Virus record (IMG/VR): IMGVR_UViG_3300031170_000002
Location: 1 to 26,054 of that record
From: a virus
Lineage: Duplodnaviria; Caudoviricetes
Length of the DNA stretch: 26,054 nucleotides
Strand: one strand, 5' to 3'
Shown: positions 15,570-23,672 of the stretch, piece after piece
Layout of the letters: every line of letters begins with the position of its first letter
How positions within the stretch are numbered: position 1 is the first letter of the stretch
Notes under the pieces: model-generated
Database searches by the model: none
Seen by the model: the letters and a program-made list of their open reading frames with translations, nothing else
Told to the model about the DNA's origin: nothing
Program-made: the position numbers and the translations under genes

Positions 15570-16607
15570 ATGGCGAACGAAACCGAACTGCTGGAAGAGT
15601 CCACTGTAGAGGCTGAAGAGCCTACTCTGCGGGAGACTATCGAAGATGCCGTCGAAGAAACTGAAGAATCCTCTGGTGGAGGCCAGGAAGGCGCCCCTGA
15701 AGCGCAGGAGGCAAAAACCACCGTCACTGATCCCAATCAGTTACAAAAAGAGCCACAACCAACCGAAACCAAAGTTCAGCCTCGTACCCCCGAAACCAAA
15801 GGAACCCAAGAAGGTCTGAAGGCGCCGTCGCAGTGGCGACCTGCTGTACGAGAGAAGTGGAACGCCCTTCCCCGAGAGGTACAAGAAGAAGTACTGCGCC
15901 GTGAAAGCGACAGTATGCGCTTGATAGGTTCCGTAGGTCCCAAGATTCGACTTGCTGATGAGGTAAGTCAGCATATCGCCCCATTCGCCCAGCAGTTGCA
16001 AGACAACGGCGTAACCCCCACCGCCTTCCTGGGGGATGTTTTCTCTACGGTGAAATCCTTATCCTCGGGTACACCCCAGGAAAAGGCTGCAGTCGTAGCA
16101 AACATAGTTCAGTCATATGGCGTTGATCTGAGAACGCTCGACGCGATCCTCACGCAACGCATACAGGCTGGACCGGAGGCAGACAACGCTCGTCGCCTTG
16201 CGGCTCGAGCGACAGCGGTAATTCAGCAACATGAAAGCTCTAATCAGTATCAGACTGCGCTAGAGGCTCAATCGACTCTAGCCTCGTTTGCTGCTGATCC
16301 GAAACACGAGTTCCTTGACGATGTTCGTGATCTCATGGCGGACCTGATCGAAACGGGCCGAGCTAACAGTCTCGACGACGCTTACGCATCAGCCGTATGG
16401 GCTCATCCCGACACTCGCAAGATCCTCCTACAAAGAGAATCTCAAGCCCGTGTAAATGGTAAGAATTCACGGGCTGCAGTGGCTAGAAGGGCCAGTTCTG
16501 CGGTACACGGATCGCCCGCCGCACCAAGCGCGGGACCGTTATCCAACCAAAATCTGAGCCTACGGGAAACCATCGCTTTGGCGATGGACGAGCAATCCTC
16601 ACCATAA
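15570..16607 (+). CDS. Capsid scaffolding protein
   Basis: Acidic disordered N-terminus, helical body, C-terminal SLRETIALAM helix; immediately before the MCP. Confidence 0.8.
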   Translation: MANETELLEESTVEAEEPTLRETIEDAVEETEESSGGGQEGAPEAQEAKTTVTDPNQLQKEPQPTETKVQPRTPETKGTQEGLKAPSQWRPAVREKWNALPREVQEEVLRRESDSMRLIGSVGPKIRLADEVSQHIAPFAQQLQDNGVTPTAFLGDVFSTVKSLSSGTPQEKAAVVANIVQSYGVDLRTLDAILTQRIQAGPEADNARRLAARATAVIQQHESSNQYQTALEAQSTLASFAADPKHEFLDDVRDLMADLIETGRANSLDDAYASAVWAHPDTRKILLQRESQARVNGKNSRAAVARRASSAVHGSPAAPSAGPLSNQNLSLRETIALAMDEQSSP

Positions 16608-16616
16608 GGAACCATC

Positions 16617-17597
16617 ATGGCTTTTCCGAATGTAACTGACATCGTCGCCACGACGATTCAGAATCGTTCGCGGAAGATTGCGGACAATGTAACGAAAAAC
16701 AACGCGCTTACGTCGAGGTTGGACGACCGCGGGAACGTCAAACCTTTCGGTGGCGGCAATACGATCATGCAAGAACTGTCGTATGCTCAAAACGCCAACG
16801 CCGGATGGTACAGCGGGTATGATCTGCTCCCCGTCGCGGCGCAGGACGTCATCAGTTCAGCGGAGTACGCGATTAAGCAGCTCGCGTGTCCGATTGTAAT
16901 GTCCGGCCTGGAGCAACTCCAGAACGCTGGTCGGGAACAGATGATCGACCTGCTGGAAGGTCGTATCAACGTAGCTGAAGCGACCATGGCGAATCTGATG
17001 GCAGCGGGTATTTACGCTGACGGCACCGGTTCCGGTGGTAAGGAACTGACTGGTCTCAATGCTGCGGTGCCGACGGCTCCGACCACAGGTACTTATGGGG
17101 GCATTGACCGGGCGACCTGGGTATTCTGGCAGCCTCAGGTGTTCGGTAGGGCTAACCTGGCCGTTCCTGGTCCGTTTACTGGGACTAACATCCAGGAAGC
17201 GTTCAACGGCCTCTGGGCAAAGCTCGTTCGTGGCTCAGATCGCCCGGAACTCATCGTGGTAGACAACACGATTTGGCAGTACTACCTGGCGAGTCTCCAG
17301 ATTCAGCAACGGTTTACTGGTACGGAAACCGGCAAGCTCGGCTTCCCGAGTCTCAAGTTTATGGACGCAGACGTGGTTCTCGATGGTGGTATTGGCGGCT
17401 TCTGCCCCGCAGGCACGGCATTCTTCCTCAATACCAAGTACATCTTCCTCCGTCCGCACTCCTCACGTAACATGGTGACGCTGTCGCCGAACCGTCGTTA
17501 CGCCATCAACCAGGACGCGGAAGTCCAAATCCTGGCTTGGGCAGGTAACCTCACCGCATCCGGCTCGATGTTCCAAGGCCGGCTGATGAACGCCTAA
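16617..17597 (+). CDS. Major capsid protein
   Basis: AAGGA RBS; 326 aa; DIVATTIQNRSRKIADNV and IYADGTG..GKELTGL motifs; followed by a terminator. Confidence 0.9.
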   Translation: MAFPNVTDIVATTIQNRSRKIADNVTKNNALTSRLDDRGNVKPFGGGNTIMQELSYAQNANAGWYSGYDLLPVAAQDVISSAEYAIKQLACPIVMSGLEQLQNAGREQMIDLLEGRINVAEATMANLMAAGIYADGTGSGGKELTGLNAAVPTAPTTGTYGGIDRATWVFWQPQVFGRANLAVPGPFTGTNIQEAFNGLWAKLVRGSDRPELIVVDNTIWQYYLASLQIQQRFTGTETGKLGFPSLKFMDADVVLDGGIGGFCPAGTAFFLNTKYIFLRPHSSRNMVTLSPNRRYAINQDAEVQILAWAGNLTASGSMFQGRLMNA

Positions 17598-17610
17598 GAT
17601 GTAGGGGGTT

Positions 17611-17648
17611 GGCCGGGGGCGTGAAGGCTCCCGTCACCGGCCTTTTTT
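17611..17648 (+). terminator. Intrinsic terminator after the MCP
   Basis: GGCCGG...CCGGCC followed by TTTTTT. Confidence 0.7.
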
Positions 17649-17660
17649 GAGGAGTAGGAA

Positions 17661-18350
17661 ATGCCCGCGTACAATATGGCTGGTCCTCGGTCCTCGACTC
17701 TTGAGGCTGGGGAAGCGTTTAGGTACTCAGCACCTGTAGCAAATCCCAATTTGGGGGCAACGGTACTTATGTCCCCATTCTCTGGTCCGAGTGGGTCACC
17801 GCTCGACGCAAAGGTTTACGCAGCGAATACTACGATCACCAAGACGGCTGACGTAAATAACACTTCTACCGGGGCACTGAGTACCGGAATTGGATTCAGC
17901 CCGGCTTGTGAATATCCTGGGGGTATTACTACCGCTGCTCTGGGAGTAACCCTCGCTGCAAGTAAGGTGGGGCGGTCGGGCTTTGATGACGACTATACAC
18001 CAGGAGTTACCCTGCCGAATGGGACGGCTTCCACTACAGCTATCTTGACGGCTATCGGTGGGGGCAAATGTACTATTACTCCCGGCGCTGGTTCGGACTA
18101 CTCCAGAGGCGTGTCGACACTTGCTCCTTACGTCGCGCAGCCGCTTCTGGGTTACGGCAATGGCGGTAGTAGGGATGCTGGAGCAGGTCCGGCGTTTACA
18201 GGCTTCGCTATGAAGACAGTGACGGCGGCGGCAGACGTAGCGGCAGCGGGAGTGGTTGAGACGGGCTTCGTCAATCGTTCGGGTGCTATTCTGAAGTTGG
18301 GTCAGAGTCAGTTTGGCTCGGCTAGTGCGGCATCCGCGGCAGTGACGTAA
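17661..18350 (+). CDS. Probable virion structural/decoration protein (229 aa)
   Basis: GAGGAG RBS; Gly/Ala/Thr-rich; follows the MCP. Confidence 0.55.
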   Translation: MPAYNMAGPRSSTLEAGEAFRYSAPVANPNLGATVLMSPFSGPSGSPLDAKVYAANTTITKTADVNNTSTGALSTGIGFSPACEYPGGITTAALGVTLAASKVGRSGFDDDYTPGVTLPNGTASTTAILTAIGGGKCTITPGAGSDYSRGVSTLAPYVAQPLLGYGNGGSRDAGAGPAFTGFAMKTVTAAADVAAAGVVETGFVNRSGAILKLGQSQFGSASAASAAVT

Positions 18351-18378
18351 TGTAGTAACCCCCTACAAAGGACATAAA

Positions 18379-18990
18379 ATGCTAGAATTTGCCCCTACCG
18401 ATTGGTCGCAGATACGCGACCCCATGATGGAGAATGATTCGCGCTTCGCCTTGGATTCCAAGCTTCATGTACAGTTCTACTTGCGCCCAGTATTGCAGGG
18501 TACGCTCTCCTTGGAAGCTGATCGACCTATTTACGTGGACGTAGAGCATATTCGCATCCTCGTACCTGGGGATAAGCTCAATATCATCGACCGCATCGCG
18601 TCGGAAGATGATAGACGGCGTTTTGCTGATCACTACGCCAAATTCAAGGCTGGTCATGGTGAAGAATTGGTCGGTACGCGACTGGAAGCTATACCATGGA
18701 TGACTCGTTCGAAAGTGGAGGAGTACAAGTATTTCGGTATTCACACTGTAGAGCAGCTAGCTTCGGCTAGCGACTCCGTGGGTCAACGTTTTCCTGGTTT
18801 TAGTCTTGATCGTAGTAAGGCCCAGAAGTTTATTGAGGCTACTTCTGGTACAGATGCTCGGGTAACGCAACTTGAGCGAGAGTTAGCTGACCTGCGCCAA
18901 GCTTTGGTTAAGCAAGAAGAAGCCAAGGCAATTTTGGCCGCGCCGGTAGCATCCTCCCCCGTTTCCAGCAAGGTTACTGCTAAGGGGTAA
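18379..18990 (+). CDS. Conserved hypothetical morphogenesis-module protein (203 aa)
   Basis: AAGGA RBS; GIHTVEQLA motif and C-terminal coiled coil. Confidence 0.75.
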   Translation: MLEFAPTDWSQIRDPMMENDSRFALDSKLHVQFYLRPVLQGTLSLEADRPIYVDVEHIRILVPGDKLNIIDRIASEDDRRRFADHYAKFKAGHGEELVGTRLEAIPWMTRSKVEEYKYFGIHTVEQLASASDSVGQRFPGFSLDRSKAQKFIEATSGTDARVTQLERELADLRQALVKQEEAKAILAAPVASSPVSSKVTAKG

Positions 18991-18993
18991 ACT

Positions 18994-19740
18994 ATGGCGG
19001 CACCCCCTCGGACTACGTTGTTAGAGGTAGTCAACGTCATCGCACAGTCTGTAGGGCATCCCAAGTCTAATGATGTAGCGGGTAGTCAAGACGAGGCTAT
19101 CCTGCGTATCGCCTACTACATCAATCTGGCGGGGGCAGAGCTTTCCTACATGCACAATTGGCAGTGGCTAACTGGTATTTTTGAGATCACTTTAGCCGCT
19201 GACTACGATGGTCAAGCGGAAAAGGCATTCGATCTTCCCCTTGATTTCCATGCAATGGTAGACGATACTCAGTGGAATCGTAGTGCTCAATTACCCGCTA
19301 TTGGCCCTATTAATTCCCAAGATTGGCAGTGGCTGATAGTCCGTGATACGAATATAACCACTAGAACCTTGTGGCGTATTCGCGACAAGAAGCTCTGGAT
19401 CAAATCTCCCCCATCTGCAAACGCGCCTCAGAAACTTACTTTCGAGTATTTGTCGTCTAGTTGGGCCGTAAATGGGACTACGGGTGCTTCGCAAGACGTG
19501 ATGTCGCAGAATAACGACTACCATAAATATCCTTGGCAACTTATAATAATGTTGGGTAGAGCCAAGTTCTTCGAGAATGAGGGTTACGACTCGTCTGCGG
19601 CATACTCTGACTTCAATAAAGCGTTTGCTTATGAGACTGGAGTCGATAAGGGCGCTACTAGTCTCAGTCTTGTACCGGGTACAGGTTATCCCTACATAGA
19701 TGCAGTGAGGAATGTACCGGACACCGGTTATGGCAGCTAA
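18994..19740 (+). CDS. Head-to-tail adaptor / tail tubular protein A-like
   Basis: Position after the head genes; LPLDF..MVDDTQWNRS...IGPINSQDWQ motif. Confidence 0.6.
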   Translation: MAAPPRTTLLEVVNVIAQSVGHPKSNDVAGSQDEAILRIAYYINLAGAELSYMHNWQWLTGIFEITLAADYDGQAEKAFDLPLDFHAMVDDTQWNRSAQLPAIGPINSQDWQWLIVRDTNITTRTLWRIRDKKLWIKSPPSANAPQKLTFEYLSSSWAVNGTTGASQDVMSQNNDYHKYPWQLIIMLGRAKFFENEGYDSSAAYSDFNKAFAYETGVDKGATSLSLVPGTGYPYIDAVRNVPDTGYGS

Positions 19741-21391
19741 GCTCAAAGTCGCGCCAGTTCAGGCTATACGCAAGCTAGTCCAGCGGCAGGGCCGGTATAC
19801 AGTTCCTTTGGGTGGTCTCAATTATCGTGAGTCTTTACTCACGATGCAGCCTAGTGAGGCTCTGGTACTGGATAATTTCATTCCTCGGGCGTTCGGCATA
19901 GAGATTCGCAAAGGTTGGAGATACTGGGCTCCTAAAGCCAATAAGTTTCCCAACGAAGTCCGGTCTATATTGGTGTTTACGGACGCCAAACCTATAGGTT
20001 CTAAAATCTTCGCAGGTACTGCCGATCCTGGAGGATTGCTCTACGACGTTACCACGCAGGGAGTGGCTCCTACACTGGCGCTAACTCCCTCCACTGCTCC
20101 ATTTAATCCTGGTGAGTGGTACGCTACAAACTACACCACTCCTGGAGGTTCGTTCTTCTGTGCAGTATCGCAGGGAGCTGGTTACTACCTATACGACTCC
20201 ACCGCAGGATGGAGGGAGGTTCCTGTAGGGGCTGCGGTAGGTCAGATTAAGTTTCCTGCGGGAGATACCACTACTCCCAAAGACTTCGCTTTCTGTTGGT
20301 TATGGAAGAACCGTCTCTGGTTTTTGAAGGGCGGTAGTGCTACAGCCTATTACTTGCCTATAGGGCAGATTACTGGGGAAGTAGCGGCTCTTGAACTAGG
20401 TCCGCAGTTAATCCACGGCGGGTCATTGCTTTTCGCTACTTCTTGGACTTACGACTCTGGTAGAGGGATCGACGATGGTTTAGTGTTTGCCTCCACGGAA
20501 GGCGACATTCTAGTGTACCAAGGTAGTGATCCCACCGCTCTAGCCACGTTTTCGTTACAAGGACTCTGGTATACTGGACGATTTCCTGGTCGTCGCTGTT
20601 TCAATGCGGTAGGCGGCGACGTGGTTATGGTTACAGAATTCGGAGTGATAAAAATATCTGACCTCGTGTCGGGGAAGGTGCAAACGAGCGCCGTGAATGG
20701 AGAAGATGCGTTCTATAAGATCAATCCTAGGTTGGCTCGTTATGTTTCAGATACAATAGGTCAGAATTACTGGTTCGTGTTACCCTTTCCCACTGAAGAA
20801 TTGGTAGTATTCGGCGCTCCATACATAGAGCCGGTGAAGGGCGTAAGAACGTCTTTCATTCTGAATTACGCCACTTCAGCGTGGGCTTCTCTCAGTAATG
20901 CCGACTTACTGTGTGGTGAGGTGTATAGGGGGCAAATTATCTTTGGTACACGTGACGGTTACGTGTGTCAACTGTTCTACGGGTACAATGATCAAGTTTC
21001 TGCGGACGGTACGGACGTGGGGATAGAGGTAACTGGACGTCTGCAAACGGCGTTCAACAATTTCGACGACCCCAGAATAAATAAGCGACTGCTCCGTATT
21101 AAGTTGTATGGTCTATCCGACGGTGTCCCCACTCTGGGAGTGAAGTTTGTAGACGAATATAATATGAGTACGGTGACTAACGCACCGGCCCCTATTGCGA
21201 TAAACGAGTATACCTGGGATGTAGGCTTGTGGGACGACGCTAAGTGGCAATCTACTCAGATTCCTTTCCGTCGTTGGTTCGGAGTAGCTGGATTCGGTAA
21301 GAAGCTGGCTATGATCATGGCGATACGGGGACGTGGATATACTCTTCTGTCTGACTACGAAGCTCTGTATGAGTCTGGATATAACTTATGA
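19730..21391 (+). CDS. Tail hub / DNA stabilization protein (tubular protein B or P22 gp10-like)
   Basis: GGLNYRES...ALVLDNFIP...IRKG N-terminus; beta-rich; about 553 aa. Start uncertain (19712 or 19730). Confidence 0.7.
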   Translation: MAAKLKVAPVQAIRKLVQRQGRYTVPLGGLNYRESLLTMQPSEALVLDNFIPRAFGIEIRKGWRYWAPKANKFPNEVRSILVFTDAKPIGSKIFAGTADPGGLLYDVTTQGVAPTLALTPSTAPFNPGEWYATNYTTPGGSFFCAVSQGAGYYLYDSTAGWREVPVGAAVGQIKFPAGDTTTPKDFAFCWLWKNRLWFLKGGSATAYYLPIGQITGEVAALELGPQLIHGGSLLFATSWTYDSGRGIDDGLVFASTEGDILVYQGSDPTALATFSLQGLWYTGRFPGRRCFNAVGGDVVMVTEFGVIKISDLVSGKVQTSAVNGEDAFYKINPRLARYVSDTIGQNYWFVLPFPTEELVVFGAPYIEPVKGVRTSFILNYATSAWASLSNADLLCGEVYRGQIIFGTRDGYVCQLFYGYNDQVSADGTDVGIEVTGRLQTAFNNFDDPRINKRLLRIKLYGLSDGVPTLGVKFVDEYNMSTVTNAPAPIAINEYTWDVGLWDDAKWQSTQIPFRRWFGVAGFGKKLAMIMAIRGRGYTLLSDYEALYESGYNL

Positions 21392-21843
21392 CTGATACTG
21401 AAGTCGTTACGTTGGATGAACACGCTTCATTAGTAGAAAAGTTGGAGTTTTTACAAGATGAAGCAAAACAACTTCCTCAAGTTGAGGTAACGCTACGTCA
21501 TTATTTCGCTCATGGCATTTACGGTCGTGAGTTGGCTAGACCAGCTGGCACGTTGATTATCGGTAAGATTCATAAAACGCGCCATATGTTCATTTTACTA
21601 AGTGGAGAAATGTCCGTATTGACGGATAATGGCATGGAGAGATTTGTAGCTCCTCAAATAGTCATTGGTTCACCTGGTACTAAAAGACTTACCTATGCCC
21701 ATACGGATTGCGTGGCTATAGTTCTTCATGGTACTCCCTTAACTGATCTTGACGAAATTGAGAAGGTATTTGTGGCTCAAAACGATCAAGAATACTTGAA
21801 GTATCTTGAAGACGAGAAATTGTTGATAGGAGAGAAATCATGA
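21388..21843 (+). CDS. Cupin-fold protein
   Basis: HYFAHGIYGREL..PAGTLIIGKIHKTRH..ILLSG...PGTKR. Confidence 0.7.
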   Translation: MTDTEVVTLDEHASLVEKLEFLQDEAKQLPQVEVTLRHYFAHGIYGRELARPAGTLIIGKIHKTRHMFILLSGEMSVLTDNGMERFVAPQIVIGSPGTKRLTYAHTDCVAIVLHGTPLTDLDEIEKVFVAQNDQEYLKYLEDEKLLIGEKS

Positions 21844-22406
21844 CTTGGGCCGCCGTCGCTGTAGCAGGAGCAGGTCTTGTAAGCAGTTATATGAATAAGG
21901 ACAAGGGTGGAGGCGCGGACCAAATGGTAGGCGGCTACCTTAGTCAGATGAATTCTAAGGAAGTCAAAGAATACTTGGAAAAACTTCGACAGGAAGACCA
22001 AGATCGGTGGGCAGCTACCCTAAATGTTAATCGTCCCAATCAAGTTGGTATGTCGGGTCAGTCATCTACTTGGGATATTGACCCTAAGACTGGTAAGGCA
22101 ACGCAGACTCTGAAACTTGGGGAAAGCGAGCAAAAGCGTCGGGATATGTTTAATACCTTGGCGGAAGCTCGCATGGGCGATGCTGCGGCTATGTCTCCCG
22201 GTATTTCCAAGATGGCTGGAGGTATTGATTGGGAATCGCTTGGTTTGGGTAAGATGGGTAACGCGGCCTTGAATACAGGAATCAAGGGAGGTTCGGACAA
22301 GTACGGTAGTATTACTAGCGGTAATGCTTGGAATATGGTCCCTAGTCAAGCCCAGATGGCTGGTTCTATGGGCGGCAATTTCCTTAATCCAACGCAGTTA
22401 GGGTGA
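21840..22406 (+). CDS. Probable internal virion/ejection protein (188 aa)
   Basis: Hydrophobic Gly/Ala N-terminus MTWAAVAVAGAGLVS; NRPNQ motif; position after the tail hub. Confidence 0.6.
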   Translation: MTWAAVAVAGAGLVSSYMNKDKGGGADQMVGGYLSQMNSKEVKEYLEKLRQEDQDRWAATLNVNRPNQVGMSGQSSTWDIDPKTGKATQTLKLGESEQKRRDMFNTLAEARMGDAAAMSPGISKMAGGIDWESLGLGKMGNAALNTGIKGGSDKYGSITSGNAWNMVPSQAQMAGSMGGNFLNPTQLG

Positions 22407-22409
22407 TAT

Positions 22410-23663
22410 ATGGCGACCCTTGGAACTATGGGCGGTGACCAGTTAACAACTGGCGCTGCGGGAGCGACTGGAGCTATAGGGACTACTACTCCACCCAGTC
22501 CTAATATGGGTGCTACGGGTATTCCTGGCGTTCCAGGGGCTATGGCGGTGCCGGGAGCGGCTGGACCGGCTTCTGGGCCAGGTAGTGCGTGGGCTACTCC
22601 AACTACTGGAGGTAACGACTACGGCCAAATGTTTACCCAATCAGGGCAGGCTCCAGTGACTTCGGTGGATCAAGGCGAGAACTACCAGAAGACGATGCAG
22701 GACGCTTATTGGAATCAAGCTACCTCCCGACTTGATCCTCAGTGGAACCAAAGACAATCAGGACTTGAGTCGCAACTTGCTAACATGGGGCTATCTCGCG
22801 GTACTGATGCCTGGAATCGTGAGATGGGTAATATGTCCATGCAACGTAATGACGCCTATGGGGGTGCGCTAAATAGTGCTATCCTCAATTCTGGAGCTGA
22901 GGCCCAGCGTAGGCAAGCTATGGACATTGCTTCAGGCGAATTCGCTAATAAACAAGTCGATACGAGGAATCAACTCGGACTTCAATATGCTGGTCTGGCG
23001 AATAAAGAGCAGCTCCAAAGTATGCAGGGCGAGCAGGCGCTTCAACAGATCGACGCTAATAACAAGGGGCAGATGAGTCTTCAAGATAACAAGAATGCGG
23101 CTGCTCTTCAGCAATTGGGCGTTCAAACCCAGAGTAATGAGAAGATCGCAGCTGGTAATAACATGACTACTATCGAAGCTGCGCATATTAACGCAGCGGC
23201 GATGCACGCAGCGGCAGCGGCTCAAATGGCCGGTATGAATGCTCAAGCCGCTGCTTCAGTATACTCTGCTCAATTGAATGCGGGTCTTACGGCTCAGAGA
23301 ATAGCTAACGAAGAAAAACACGCCACTATAACTGACACTATAGGTATGCAACAGAATCAATTTAGTACCTATCAGTGGTTTATAGACCACGGTTATAATC
23401 AGACTGACGCCGCCGCTCAAGCAGGACTTCCCGCCACACCGCAGACAGCAAATACTACTCCTAGCACGGGCTTTATTGACCCAGGAGCTAAGAACATTGG
23501 GGCAGGTAATGCAGGTACGGCAGATATGATCTCTGGGGCAGTCGATGTAGCGGGCAATGTGATAAATACAGGAATTGACTATTACAATAGGAATAAAACC
23601 CCTGCTCCTACTGGATCTTATGGTGGGAATTACGTCACTCCCACTAATTGGTCTAACGAGTAA
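22410..23663 (+). CDS. Probable internal virion/ejection protein (417 aa)
   Basis: RLDPQW...LESQLANMGLSRGTDAWNR motif; Gln/Ala/Gly-rich. Confidence 0.65.
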   Translation: MATLGTMGGDQLTTGAAGATGAIGTTTPPSPNMGATGIPGVPGAMAVPGAAGPASGPGSAWATPTTGGNDYGQMFTQSGQAPVTSVDQGENYQKTMQDAYWNQATSRLDPQWNQRQSGLESQLANMGLSRGTDAWNREMGNMSMQRNDAYGGALNSAILNSGAEAQRRQAMDIASGEFANKQVDTRNQLGLQYAGLANKEQLQSMQGEQALQQIDANNKGQMSLQDNKNAAALQQLGVQTQSNEKIAAGNNMTTIEAAHINAAAMHAAAAAQMAGMNAQAAASVYSAQLNAGLTAQRIANEEKHATITDTIGMQQNQFSTYQWFIDHGYNQTDAAAQAGLPATPQTANTTPSTGFIDPGAKNIGAGNAGTADMISGAVDVAGNVINTGIDYYNRNKTPAPTGSYGGNYVTPTNWSNE

Positions 23664-23672
23664 AGGACCATT

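Noticed and set aside
23626-23657. GGAATT...GGTCTAAC as a sixth ECF promoter
   Set aside because: Spacer is 19 nt rather than 16-17, and it lies in coding sequence.
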